The notes beneath the pieces are model-generated. The model worked only from the letters and a program-made list of their open reading frames with translations, was not told the origin of the DNA and did no database searches. Below are positions 47,274 through 56,944 of a stretch of 64,000 nucleotides of DNA, piece by piece (position 1 is the first letter of the stretch; each line of letters opens with the position of its first letter). This DNA is from Flavobacterium sp. (GTDB taxonomy: Bacteria; Bacteroidota; Bacteroidia; Flavobacteriales; Flavobacteriaceae), in assembly GCF_027531705.1 (NCBI RefSeq), contig NZ_JAPZSP010000019.1, positions 1,827-65,826 of the forward strand. Direction: 5' to 3'. The translations under genes were made by a program, and so were the position numbers.

Positions 47274-50147
47274 TTGAAAACCAAATTAGTAAAATACATA
47301 TTTTCTGCAAGTATTGTTCTTTTTGTAGTGGCTTGTTCTACCAAGAAAAACAATTTTTTAACCAGAAATAATCACGCTCTTAGTACCAAATATAATATTT
47401 TGTATAACGGCGGAATCGCTTTAGACAAAGGTGTTGAGGAATTGAAAACGCAATACAACGACAATTTTTGGGAGCAACTTCCGATAGAAAGAATGCAAGT
47501 TGCCGAAACTAAAGCAACAATTCCTGGACAAGAAAAAAAGAACGCTAATTTTGAACGTGCTGAAGACAAATCTATCAAGGCTATTCAGAAACATTCCATG
47601 AACATTCAAGGTTCGGAAAAAAACCCTCAAATGGATGAAGCGCACCTAATGCTAGGAAAAGCAAGATATTACGACCAGCGTTTTGTTCCTGCATTAGAAG
47701 CTTTCAATTATATTTTGTACAAATATCCTAGTAGCGATAAAATTTACGAAGCTAAAATTTGGCGAGAAAAAACCAATATGCGTCTTGATAATGATGCGAT
47801 TGCGATTACTAATTTGACCAAATTATTAAAAGAAATCAAATTCAAAGATCAAATTTTTGCCGATGCTAATGCAGCTCTTGCTCAAGCATTTCTCAATTTA
47901 GAACAAAAAGATAGCGCCATGGCAAAACTCCAATTGGCACGAGATTTTACTAAGAAAAAAGAAGAAAAATCAAGATATTATTTTATTCTTGGTCAATTAT
48001 TTGAATCATTAAATCAAAAAGATAGTGCCTATGTTTCTTATCAATCAGTTATTGATATGAATAGAAATGCGGCTCGACAATATGTGATCCAAGCACATGC
48101 ACGACAAGCAGCACAGTTTGATGTAGCAACCGGTGACTCAATTGCATTTTTGAAAAAATTCAACGATTTATTAGAAGACAGAGAAAACAGATCATTTTTG
48201 GATGTTTTAAACCATCAAATGGCTTTGTATTATGCAAAAAACAAAAATTTCAAAAGAGCAAAAGACTACTATAATGTTTCTTTGAAAAAACGTTCTGCCG
48301 ACCAATATTTAGCAGCTTCTAACTACAGAAATTTAGCAGATATTTATTTTAATGATGCTAAATATGTAACCGCTGGAAAATATTATGATAGCACATTGGT
48401 GCAACTTAATGATCGAACTAGAGAATTCAAATTTATCAAAAAGAAACGTTTAAATCTTGATGATGTTATCAAATATGAAGGAATTGCGACTAGAAACGAT
48501 AGTATATTGAAAGTTCTTGCAATGTCTGATTCAAATAGAAAAAGCTATTATGAAGAGTACATTTCTAAACTAAAAAAAGAAGAAGAAGCTAGAAAAAAAC
48601 TAGAAGCAGAAAATACAAAATTGGCAGAGAGCAATCCTGAAAATAGTGACGGTCAAAGTCGAAGTGATGAAGAAGTTTCAGGCAAAATGGATAAAATGGC
48701 TCAACAATCAAGAGCCAATCAAGACGAAAAAGCACCTGTTTCCAAAGCGCCAACAGTTAATAATTCGATAGGTAAAACAGGTAATTTTTATTTCTACAAC
48801 CAACAAACACTTGAATTTGGCAAACTCGAATTTAAAAAATTATGGGGAAATAGAGCGTTGAAAGATAATTGGAGAACTGCTTCAAGCAAATCAAATTCGA
48901 CTAAAAATGATGATGATGAAGAACAAGATGTTGCCGATAATACAGCCAAAAAAGAAAGTGCAGACGCAAAATTTACGGTAGATTTTTACACTAGTCAACT
49001 ACCAAAAACGCAAAAAGAAACCGATAGTATTAGCAAAGAAAGAAATTTTGCTTACTACCAATTAGGACTTATTTATAAAGAGAAGTTCAAAGAATATAAA
49101 TTAGCCGCAAGCAAACTTGAAAATTTGTTACAAAGCAATCCAGAAGAAAGATTGATTTTACCATCAATGTATCATTTGTATAAAATTTATGAGCTAATTG
49201 ACAAAGACAAAGCATTGGCAATGAAAGATAAAATCATCAGTCAATATCCAACTTCTCGTTATGCCCAAATTTTGTCAAAATCTGATTCTGAAAGTGAGTT
49301 GGCAGTAGCTTCGCCAGAAACCACTTATGATAATTTGTACAAAGAATATTTAAAAGGCGATTACAAAAAAGTTTTGGCAGAAACCACCGAAGCTATTGAC
49401 CAATATACAGGTGAAGATATCGTTTCAAAATTTGAATTATTAAAAGCCAATGTTACCGGAAAATTAAAAGGAATCGAAGAATTCAAAAAATCATTAAACT
49501 ATGTTGCCCTAAATTATCCAAATAGCGAAGAAGGAAAAACAGCTGAATCATTTTTAGGAAAAGAAATTCCACAAATGGAAGCTCTAGAGTTTTATGCAAT
49601 AGCTCCAAAAAGCTGGAAAATTCTTTACAAAGCCAAAGATTCTACAGAAACTAACACAATGGCGCTAAATAAAATTCTGTCTAAATTTATAGCAGAAAGA
49701 AGCGTTGGGAAATTCACACTTTCTAATGATATCTATACAATGGAAGATAATTTCTTAGTAATTCACGGAATTTCAACCGAAGAAAGTGCCAAAGGAATTG
49801 CAACTATTCTTAAAGAATTTAAAGATTACAAAGTAAAAAACACACCTTATATAATATCAAATGAGAATTATAAAATAGTTCAAATCAAGAAAAATTTTGA
49901 AACTTATTTAACTACTCCATATTCTGATCCTAAACCAGTTGAAGCAATCGCAGCACCGCCGTTGAGACCAGTTGCGCCAAAAGAAGAGAAAAAACAAGTT
50001 ATAGAAGAAACCAAACAAAACAACAGAAACCAACCACCATCATTATCAGAAGATGATCCACAAGAAAAACCAAGAAATGATAGAGGTCAAACGCCAACAT
50101 TACAACCTACTTTGCAAACCCCAAACCCTAATAAAAGAGACAAATAA
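47274..50147 (+). CDS. sprE: T9SS/gliding periplasmic TPR lipoprotein SprE/PorW
   Basis: Likely TTG start at 47274; lipobox VVAC; STKKN...HAL.TKYNILYNG; TPRs; FYFYN..T...GK.EF...WG.R.L.DNWR; upstream of bactofilin and atp. Confidence 0.8.
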   Translation: MKTKLVKYIFSASIVLFVVACSTKKNNFLTRNNHALSTKYNILYNGGIALDKGVEELKTQYNDNFWEQLPIERMQVAETKATIPGQEKKNANFERAEDKSIKAIQKHSMNIQGSEKNPQMDEAHLMLGKARYYDQRFVPALEAFNYILYKYPSSDKIYEAKIWREKTNMRLDNDAIAITNLTKLLKEIKFKDQIFADANAALAQAFLNLEQKDSAMAKLQLARDFTKKKEEKSRYYFILGQLFESLNQKDSAYVSYQSVIDMNRNAARQYVIQAHARQAAQFDVATGDSIAFLKKFNDLLEDRENRSFLDVLNHQMALYYAKNKNFKRAKDYYNVSLKKRSADQYLAASNYRNLADIYFNDAKYVTAGKYYDSTLVQLNDRTREFKFIKKKRLNLDDVIKYEGIATRNDSILKVLAMSDSNRKSYYEEYISKLKKEEEARKKLEAENTKLAESNPENSDGQSRSDEEVSGKMDKMAQQSRANQDEKAPVSKAPTVNNSIGKTGNFYFYNQQTLEFGKLEFKKLWGNRALKDNWRTASSKSNSTKNDDDEEQDVADNTAKKESADAKFTVDFYTSQLPKTQKETDSISKERNFAYYQLGLIYKEKFKEYKLAASKLENLLQSNPEERLILPSMYHLYKIYELIDKDKALAMKDKIISQYPTSRYAQILSKSDSESELAVASPETTYDNLYKEYLKGDYKKVLAETTEAIDQYTGEDIVSKFELLKANVTGKLKGIEEFKKSLNYVALNYPNSEEGKTAESFLGKEIPQMEALEFYAIAPKSWKILYKAKDSTETNTMALNKILSKFIAERSVGKFTLSNDIYTMEDNFLVIHGISTEESAKGIATILKEFKDYKVKNTPYIISNENYKIVQIKKNFETYLTTPYSDPKPVEAIAAPPLRPVAPKEEKKQVIEETKQNNRNQPPSLSEDDPQEKPRNDRGQTPTLQPTLQTPNPNKRDK

Positions 50148-50542
50148 TGTTTAATAAAGTACAAAAAACTTATACTGAAAACCTTGGACAAACTAACCGA
50201 ATTGTTGAAGGAACAATAATAAAAGGAGATATTTTATCAAAAGCTGATTTTAGACTTGATGGTGACTTGATAGGAAATTTTCAATCTCATGGAAAAATCG
50301 TAATTGGACCAGCAGGTTCAATAAAAGGTGATATACTATGCAAAAATGCCGATATCGAAGGAAGATTTGAAGGGAAAATTCAAGTTGAAGAAGTGCTTTC
50401 TCTAAAAGCATCATCAGTAATAACAGGCGAAGTTATCTGCGGAAAACTAGCTATTGAACCAGGAGCAGAATTTAATGCCACTTGTGTAATGAAAACGAAT
50501 CAAAGTAAATTACTATCTGGTGGACAAAAATCCGAAGAATAA
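50147..50542 (+). CDS. Bactofilin (polymer-forming cytoskeletal protein)
   Basis: GTIIKGDI...RLDG...G.I...A.IEG...LAIEPGAEFNA beta-helix. Confidence 0.9.
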   Translation: MFNKVQKTYTENLGQTNRIVEGTIIKGDILSKADFRLDGDLIGNFQSHGKIVIGPAGSIKGDILCKNADIEGRFEGKIQVEEVLSLKASSVITGEVICGKLAIEPGAEFNATCVMKTNQSKLLSGGQKSEE

Positions 50543-50747
50543 TAAAACTAATAAATGGTTGCAACTCATCAACATTCCTATTCAAATGGGTGTAATCGTT
50601 TTTGGCTTTGCTTATTTAGGAAAATGGCTTGATAGCGAATATCCAAACTCACACAGAATTTACGTAAAAGTGCTAACAATGGTCGGTGTAGCAATTGCTT
50701 TTTACAACATTAACCGACAATTAAAAGACATTAACAATTCCGAATAA
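50520..50747 (+). CDS. AtpZ/AtpI-family small membrane protein
   Basis: Two TM helices with G.WLD; upstream of atpB. Confidence 0.75.
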   Translation: MDKNPKNNKTNKWLQLINIPIQMGVIVFGFAYLGKWLDSEYPNSHRIYVKVLTMVGVAIAFYNINRQLKDINNSE

Positions 50748-51143
50748 ATGAATCTCAAAAACTTTCAACCCTTTATTCAAATTATAATTTTATCACTACT
50801 AGCTTATATCGTTGATAAATTAGTTTTTCATTTTCATTACACTTCAGCCGAAGCAACCTTTAAGCATTCAATCGAAACCATTTTTGGTTTTTTTCTTTTT
50901 TGTTCGTTGTCCATTTTATTTCTATTAATTCGAGTAAAAAAGAACAATATTAATAGCGTCGGACAAACATTTTTATTGGTAACTTCTATCAAAATGGCGT
51001 TGTCCTATTTGTTAGTTCGACCAATTTTGCAATCAACATCAGAAAATGTAGCTATTGAGAAATTTAATTTCTTAATCGTTTTCGCCGTTTTTTTGACAAT
51101 AGAAACCGTTGTAACTATAAGAATTTTAAACAATAAGCAATAA
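50748..51143 (+). CDS. 4-TM AtpI-like membrane protein (DUF6168-like)
   Basis: Four hydrophobic segments, F....IKM motif; located before atpB. Confidence 0.55.
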   Translation: MNLKNFQPFIQIIILSLLAYIVDKLVFHFHYTSAEATFKHSIETIFGFFLFCSLSILFLLIRVKKNNINSVGQTFLLVTSIKMALSYLLVRPILQSTSENVAIEKFNFLIVFAVFLTIETVVTIRILNNKQ

Positions 51144-51211
51144 AAAAGCTATAAATCGAAAATTACATCAAAAAAAATTGTTTTAAGATTTTTGAATAGT
51201 AATAAAAAATG

Positions 51212-51219
51212 TACCTTTG
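51212..51219 (+). promoter_or_regulatory. -7 element of the atpBEFHAG promoter
   Basis: TACCTTTG, with TTTG at 51191-51194 as the candidate -33 element. Confidence 0.65.
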
Positions 51220-51261
51220 CACCAAATTTTAGAAAGTAAAAATTAAGTTAATTGAATAGCT

Positions 51262-52407
51262 ATGGTGTTTTCGAAGAAACCGATGAAATTTATTATAACA
51301 GCTTTAGTGGCGAGTTTGCCATTTTTAGGACTTGCTAATTCAACAGATACATTACCAGTTAAACACGAAATTGCTGCCGTTGCAGAAAAAGCGTTAACAG
51401 AAACTGAACAAAAAGAAGAAGAAAGAAAAGAATTTATAAAACACCACCTTCTAGACTCTCACGATTTTCATTTATTTTCATACGGAAAAGAATCAGGTCA
51501 CGAAAAACATATCGGTTTTCCACTTCCAGTAATTCTTTGGGATAACGGAATTCATATTTTCTCTTCGTCAAAATTTGAGCACGGTCATGCTGCAGCTGAA
51601 TCAAACGGAAGCTACTACAAAATAAACCACCACGACGGGAAAATTTACAAAACAGATGCAGCAGGGACTTTTACAGAAGATGAAAAGGGTCATGTTACAA
51701 ATGCAAAACCACTTGATTTTTCTATTACCAAAAATGTTACAATGATTCTTATCACAGGATTATTGATGTTCTTATTATTTGCTGGTTTAGGAAAATCATA
51801 TAAAAAGAACGGTTCAATTGCTAAAGGTGCTGGAAGATTTTTCGAGCCAATCATATTATATGTAAGAGACGATATTGCAATTCCTAATATCGGAGAAAAA
51901 CATTATAGAAAATACATGAGTTTCTTGCTTACTATATTTTTCTTTGTTTGGTTTATGAATATGTTCGGGTTAACACCACTAGGAGTAAACGTTACAGGAA
52001 ACATTGCAATTACAGCGTCATTGGCAATAATAGCTTATATTATAACAACATTTACAGCTAAAAAAGATTATTGGGGACACATTTTCTGGATGCCAGGCGT
52101 TCCGGTTCCAATGAAATTTGTTTTGGCACCAATCGAATTATTAGGAACAATTATCAAACCATTTTCGTTAATGATTCGTTTGTACGCAAACATGTTAGCA
52201 GGTCACGTAGTGTTAATGAGTTTAGTTGCCCTAATGTACAAAGCAGACAGCATTGTTGGTAGTCCTTTAGCGTTCTTACTAGCGTTTGTTTTAACAATAT
52301 TAGAAGTATTAGTTGCCTTGTTGCAAGCCTATATATTTACAATGTTAGCTGCCCTATATTTCGGTTCAGCAGTAGAAGAGCATCATCACGAAGAAGCTCA
52401 TCATTAA
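51262..52407 (+). CDS. atpB: F0F1 ATP synthase subunit a
   Basis: PFSLMIRLYANMLAGH, LVALLQAYIF; long Bacteroidota-type N-terminal extension. Confidence 0.97.
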   Translation: MVFSKKPMKFIITALVASLPFLGLANSTDTLPVKHEIAAVAEKALTETEQKEEERKEFIKHHLLDSHDFHLFSYGKESGHEKHIGFPLPVILWDNGIHIFSSSKFEHGHAAAESNGSYYKINHHDGKIYKTDAAGTFTEDEKGHVTNAKPLDFSITKNVTMILITGLLMFLLFAGLGKSYKKNGSIAKGAGRFFEPIILYVRDDIAIPNIGEKHYRKYMSFLLTIFFFVWFMNMFGLTPLGVNVTGNIAITASLAIIAYIITTFTAKKDYWGHIFWMPGVPVPMKFVLAPIELLGTIIKPFSLMIRLYANMLAGHVVLMSLVALMYKADSIVGSPLAFLLAFVLTILEVLVALLQAYIFTMLAALYFGSAVEEHHHEEAHH

Positions 52408-52446
52408 TATCAAATTTTGAATGTTTAATTTTTAATACATATTTTT

Positions 52447-52638
52447 ATGGAAATTCCTAGAATTGTTGGAGCAGGATTAGTAGTTATTGGAGCAGGTATT
52501 GGTATTGGTAGAATCGGTGGTTCTGCAATGGATGCAATTGCACGTCAACCAGAAGCTACTGGAAAAATTCAAACAGCTATGCTTATTGCTGCTGCACTTA
52601 TTGAAGGTATTGGTTTCGCTGCAATTTTTGCATCGTAA
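52447..52638 (+). CDS. atpE: F0F1 ATP synthase subunit c
   Basis: GAGIGIG, ARQPE, ALIEG. Confidence 0.97.
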   Translation: MEIPRIVGAGLVVIGAGIGIGRIGGSAMDAIARQPEATGKIQTAMLIAAALIEGIGFAAIFAS

Positions 52639-52651
52639 ATCTAAAAAATTC

Positions 52652-52680
52652 AAAAGCTGTAACGGTTGGTTGCAGCTTTT
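52652..52680 (+). terminator. Stem-loop between atpE and atpF (attenuator or mRNA-stability hairpin)
   Basis: AAAAGCTGTAAC-GGTTG-GTTGCAGCTTTT, a 12-bp stem with one G-U pair. Confidence 0.6.
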
Positions 52681-52718
52681 GTTAATTAGTAAAAAAGTAA
52701 TTAATTAAGATATATATA

Positions 52719-53219
52719 ATGGAAGAATTATTTGGACAATTTTCATTAGGATTGTTTATTTTACAAACAGTTTTATTTATTGGTTTGATTTTCCTTTTAA
52801 AGAAATTTGCTTGGAAACCAATTCTTGATGCTGTAAACGAAAGAGAAGACGGAATCAAAAACGCATTGCTTTCTGCTGAAAATGCAAAAAAAGAAATGCA
52901 AAATTTGCAAGCTGATAATCAAAGAATTTTGCAAGAAGCAAGATTAGAGCGTGACACTATGCTTAAAGAAGCTCGTGAAATGAAAGAGAAAATGATTGCA
53001 GATTCTAAAAATGAAGCACAAGCGCAAGGTTTAAAAATGATCGAGCAAGCAAAAGCTACAATCGAAAGTGAAAAAAATGCTGCTGTAGCTGAATTGAAAG
53101 CGCAAGTTTCAAACTTGTCATTAGAAATTGCCGAAAAATTATTAAAAGACGAATTATCTAACAAAGAATCTCAAGTAAAATTGGTTGAAAAAATGTTAGG
53201 TGACGCTAAACTAAACTAA
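52719..53219 (+). CDS. atpF: F0F1 ATP synthase subunit b
   Basis: TM helix, KFAWKPIL....ERE, coiled coil. Confidence 0.97.
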   Translation: MEELFGQFSLGLFILQTVLFIGLIFLLKKFAWKPILDAVNEREDGIKNALLSAENAKKEMQNLQADNQRILQEARLERDTMLKEAREMKEKMIADSKNEAQAQGLKMIEQAKATIESEKNAAVAELKAQVSNLSLEIAEKLLKDELSNKESQVKLVEKMLGDAKLN

Positions 53220-53221
53220 TT

Positions 53222-53755
53222 ATGGCAAATACAAGAGCAGCAATTCGTTATGCAAAAGCAATCCTTGATATCGCTAATGATAAAGGAGCAGCACAAGCGG
53301 TAAATAACGACATGACTTTAATAGCTTCAACCATTAGTGAAAATGCTGAATTGAGTAATTTTATTGCCAATCCAACTACTAAAGTTGAAGTAAAAGAAAG
53401 TGCTTTATTAGAAGTTTTTTCTAATGTGAATGCAGTATCAAAAAGTTTATTGCATTTATTGTATGAAAATAAAAGATTTGAAATTCTTGGCGATATAGCA
53501 ACAGAATACAATGCTTTATTCGACGAGATGAATGGTGTTGAAGTTGCAAAGGTAACTACAGCAATAGCTATGGATGCTGATTTACAATCAAAAGTATTAG
53601 CAAAAATTGCAACATTTTCAAACAAAAAAATAACAATAGAAAGCACAATAGATCCATCAATTATTGGAGGATTTATTTTAAGAATAGGCGATAAGCAATA
53701 CAACGCATCAGTTGCCAACAGATTACAAGTTTTAAAAAGAGAATTAAGTAACTAG
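53222..53755 (+). CDS. atpH: F0F1 ATP synthase subunit delta
   Basis: RYAKA, IDPSIIGGF...D.SV. Confidence 0.97.
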   Translation: MANTRAAIRYAKAILDIANDKGAAQAVNNDMTLIASTISENAELSNFIANPTTKVEVKESALLEVFSNVNAVSKSLLHLLYENKRFEILGDIATEYNALFDEMNGVEVAKVTTAIAMDADLQSKVLAKIATFSNKKITIESTIDPSIIGGFILRIGDKQYNASVANRLQVLKRELSN

Positions 53756-53771
53756 TTATTTATAAATAATT

Positions 53772-55349
53772 ATGGCGGATATTAAACCTGCTGAAATTTC
53801 AGCGATATTAAAAAAGCAAGTAGAAGGTTTTGAATCAGGTGCTACTTTAGAAGAAGTAGGATCGGTACTTCAAGTTGGAGATGGTATTGCTCGTGTTTAC
53901 GGGCTATCAAATGTTCAATACGGTGAGTTAGTAGAGTTCGAAAACGGTTTAGAAGGAATCGTTTTGAACCTTGAAGAAGATAATGTTGGGGTGGTGCTTT
54001 TAGGACCATCAACAGGTATCAAAGAAGGTTCTACTGCTAAAAGAACACAACGTATTGCTTCTCTAAAAACTGGAGAAGGAATAGTAGGACGTGTAGTTAA
54101 CACACTTGGTCAACCTATTGATGGTAAAGGACCAATCACGGGTGAATTATACGAAATGCCTCTTGAAAGAAAAGCACCAGGTGTTATCTTCCGTCAACCA
54201 GTTACTGAGCCATTACAAACAGGAGTAAAAGCAGTTGATGCTATGATTCCAGTAGGTCGTGGACAACGTGAGTTAGTTATTGGTGACCGTCAAACAGGTA
54301 AATCAACTGTTTGTATCGATACTATCTTAAATCAAAAAGAATTTTACGATGCAGGAAAACCTGTATTTTGTATATATGTTGCAATTGGACAAAAAGCGTC
54401 AACTGTAGCAGGAATCGCAAAAATGTTAGAAGAAAAAGGAGCAATGGCTTATACAGTAATTGTTGCTGCAAATGCTTCTGATCCGGCTCCAATGCAAGTA
54501 TATGCTCCAATGGCAGGTGCTGCAATTGGTGAGTATTTCCGTGATTCTGGTCGTCCAGCATTAATTGTTTATGATGATTTGTCTAAACAAGCAGTTGCTT
54601 ACCGTGAGGTTTCTCTTTTATTAAGAAGACCACCAGGTCGTGAAGCTTATCCTGGAGACGTTTTCTACTTACACTCTCGTTTATTAGAAAGAGCTTGTAA
54701 AGTTATCGCTAACGATGAAATTGCTAAAGACATGAACGATTTGCCAGATTCTTTAAAAGGAATCGTGAAAGGTGGTGGTTCACTTACAGCTTTACCAATC
54801 ATCGAAACACAAGCAGGTGACGTATCAGCTTATATCCCAACAAACGTAATTTCGATTACCGATGGACAAATTTTCCTTGACGGTGATTTGTTTAACTCTG
54901 GGGTTCGTCCAGCAATTAACGTAGGTATTTCGGTGTCTCGTGTTGGAGGTAATGCACAAATCAAATCAATGAAAAAAGTGGCTGGTACATTAAAATTAGA
55001 CCAAGCTCAATATCGTGAATTAGAAGCGTTCGCAAAATTCGGTTCTGACCTTGACGCAGTAACATTAAACGTTATTGAAAAAGGAAAAAGAAACGTTGAA
55101 ATTTTGAAACAAAATCTAAACGATCCATATACAGTTGAAGATCAAACAGCTATTATCTATGCAGGTTCTAAAAACTTGTTAAGAAATGTGCCAGTTGAAA
55201 AAGTAAAAGAATTTGAAAAAGATTTCTTGCAATACTTAAACAGCAAACACAGAGATACATTAGATGCTTTAAAAGCTGGAAAATTAGATGACAAAATCAC
55301 AGATGTTATCGAAAACGCAGCTAAAGAAATTTCAGCAAAATATAATTAA
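53772..55349 (+). CDS. atpA: F0F1 ATP synthase subunit alpha
   Basis: [41 protein letters not shown]. Confidence 0.99.
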   Translation: MADIKPAEISAILKKQVEGFESGATLEEVGSVLQVGDGIARVYGLSNVQYGELVEFENGLEGIVLNLEEDNVGVVLLGPSTGIKEGSTAKRTQRIASLKTGEGIVGRVVNTLGQPIDGKGPITGELYEMPLERKAPGVIFRQPVTEPLQTGVKAVDAMIPVGRGQRELVIGDRQTGKSTVCIDTILNQKEFYDAGKPVFCIYVAIGQKASTVAGIAKMLEEKGAMAYTVIVAANASDPAPMQVYAPMAGAAIGEYFRDSGRPALIVYDDLSKQAVAYREVSLLLRRPPGREAYPGDVFYLHSRLLERACKVIANDEIAKDMNDLPDSLKGIVKGGGSLTALPIIETQAGDVSAYIPTNVISITDGQIFLDGDLFNSGVRPAINVGISVSRVGGNAQIKSMKKVAGTLKLDQAQYRELEAFAKFGSDLDAVTLNVIEKGKRNVEILKQNLNDPYTVEDQTAIIYAGSKNLLRNVPVEKVKEFEKDFLQYLNSKHRDTLDALKAGKLDDKITDVIENAAKEISAKYN

Positions 55350-55353
55350 AAAA

Positions 55354-55432
55354 GTATATTGTATGTTGTATACTGTATAATGCCAAAAGCAATTACAGTA
55401 TACATTATACAATTTTACAATATACAATTTAT
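55354..55432. repeat. Two heptamer arrays in inverted orientation between atpA and atpG
   Basis: GTATATT GTATGTT GTATACT GTATAAT (55354-55381), then AGTATAC ATTATAC AATTTTAC AATATAC (55397-55425), which are reverse complements of the first array's units. Confidence 0.85.
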
Positions 55433-55437
55433 AAAAA

Positions 55438-56298
55438 ATGGCAAACTTAAAGGAAATCCGTAATAGAATTACTTCCGTTTCATCTACGATGCAGATTACT
55501 TCTGCGATGAAAATGGTTTCTGCTGCAAAACTGAAAAAGGCACAAGATGCAATTACAGCGATGCGACCTTATGCCGAAAAACTAACGGAATTATTGCAAA
55601 ATTTATCTGCAACTTTAGATGGGGACACAGGTGGAGAATTTACTTCGCAACGTGAAGTTAAAAAAGTGCTAGTAGTTGCAATTACTTCTAACAGAGGATT
55701 ATGTGGCGCATTTAATACGAATGTAATAAAAGAAGTAAAAAACCGTATTGATCATTATGCAGGAAAACAAGTTGATGTTTTTGCTATCGGAAAAAAAGGA
55801 AATGATGTTTTGGGTAAAACTTCTAAAGTAGTTTCAAATCAAAGTTCTGTTTTTGATAATTTAACTTTCGAAAATGTAGCAGCAATTGCTGAATCAATTA
55901 CTGAAAAATTCACTTCTGGAGAATATGACAAAATAGAATTGGTTTACAATCAGTTTAAAAATGCGGCTACTCAAATCGTTCAAACAGAGCAATTTTTGCC
56001 TTTAGCACCAATTCAATCTGATAAGCCAGCTTCAACAGGAGATTATATTTTTGAACCTTCTAAAGAAGAAATTGTGTTGGAATTGATTCCAAAATCATTG
56101 AAAACTCAATTATACAAAGGAATTAGAGATTCATTTGCTTCAGAACACGGAGCGCGTATGACAGCAATGCACAAAGCAACTGATAACGCAACCGAATTGA
56201 GAGATCAATTAAAATTAACCTATAACAAAGCACGTCAAGCTGCAATTACCAACGAAATCCTTGAGATTGTTGGTGGTGCTGAAGCATTGAAAGGTTAG
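55438..56298 (+). CDS. atpG: F0F1 ATP synthase subunit gamma
   Basis: QITSAMKMV, SNRGLCG, ARMTAM, RQAAIT.EI.EI.GG. Confidence 0.99.
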   Translation: MANLKEIRNRITSVSSTMQITSAMKMVSAAKLKKAQDAITAMRPYAEKLTELLQNLSATLDGDTGGEFTSQREVKKVLVVAITSNRGLCGAFNTNVIKEVKNRIDHYAGKQVDVFAIGKKGNDVLGKTSKVVSNQSSVFDNLTFENVAAIAESITEKFTSGEYDKIELVYNQFKNAATQIVQTEQFLPLAPIQSDKPASTGDYIFEPSKEEIVLELIPKSLKTQLYKGIRDSFASEHGARMTAMHKATDNATELRDQLKLTYNKARQAAITNEILEIVGGAEALKG

Positions 56299-56369
56299 AA
56301 GAATCTTTGATTTTTCAAATCCTCATTTATGCGAAGCATAAAGGTTAAGATTAATTTAAAATTATTATG

Positions 56370-56397
56370 AGAGGCGACGAGAGTTGCCTCTTTTTTT
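56370..56397 (+). terminator. Intrinsic terminator of the atp operon
   Basis: AGAGGCGAC-GAGA-GTTGCCTCT followed by a T run. Confidence 0.8.
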
Positions 56398-56425
56398 ATA
56401 CATTTATATTAAATTTTGACACAAA

Positions 56426-56911
56426 ATGAAAAATATAATTCTGCTTCTACTATTTATTTCCTGTTCATCCAACAAAGAAATAAACGAAAATCTTCCTTAT
56501 CTAACCGAAAACATCTATTTTCAAAATTGGGTTGGCGGTCAGCAACAAACGGGTGGCGGCACCAATTTTCATATCAAGTTTAAACAAGCACTTCCAAACG
56601 ATGTTGCTCTCAAAAAAGCCTATTTTCATCAAAAAGAAGCTAGTTTTGAAAAGAACAATGAAACAACTTACACCGCTAATTTCATTTACAAACCAAGTAA
56701 AACAGATTTAATTTTTGATGAAAATCCAGCAAACGAATACGGAAATAAAGCGCCAGAAATTAAGACATCCAAAACCGATTTTCCATTTGTTTTAAAAGAG
56801 GATGAAGCCATTTTAGAATTTGCCGTAAAAAACAAAACCCAACTTTATAAAATTAAAAACATTCCCGAAAAAGAACTTTTGGCATATCCATCGGCAAGAC
56901 CAAGAAATTAG
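56426..56911 (+). CDS. Hypothetical lipoprotein
   Basis: Lipobox FISC; QNWVGG...GG.; terminal YPS.RP. Confidence 0.7.
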   Translation: MKNIILLLLFISCSSNKEINENLPYLTENIYFQNWVGGQQQTGGGTNFHIKFKQALPNDVALKKAYFHQKEASFEKNNETTYTANFIYKPSKTDLIFDENPANEYGNKAPEIKTSKTDFPFVLKEDEAILEFAVKNKTQLYKIKNIPEKELLAYPSARPRN

Positions 56912-56944
56912 TTATTTTTGTGCCATAATAAATCAAAAACAACT

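Noticed and set aside
51262-56298. atp operon lacking atpD and atpC; His-rich subunit a with a long N-terminus
   Set aside because: The split operon and extended subunit a are normal for Bacteroidota.
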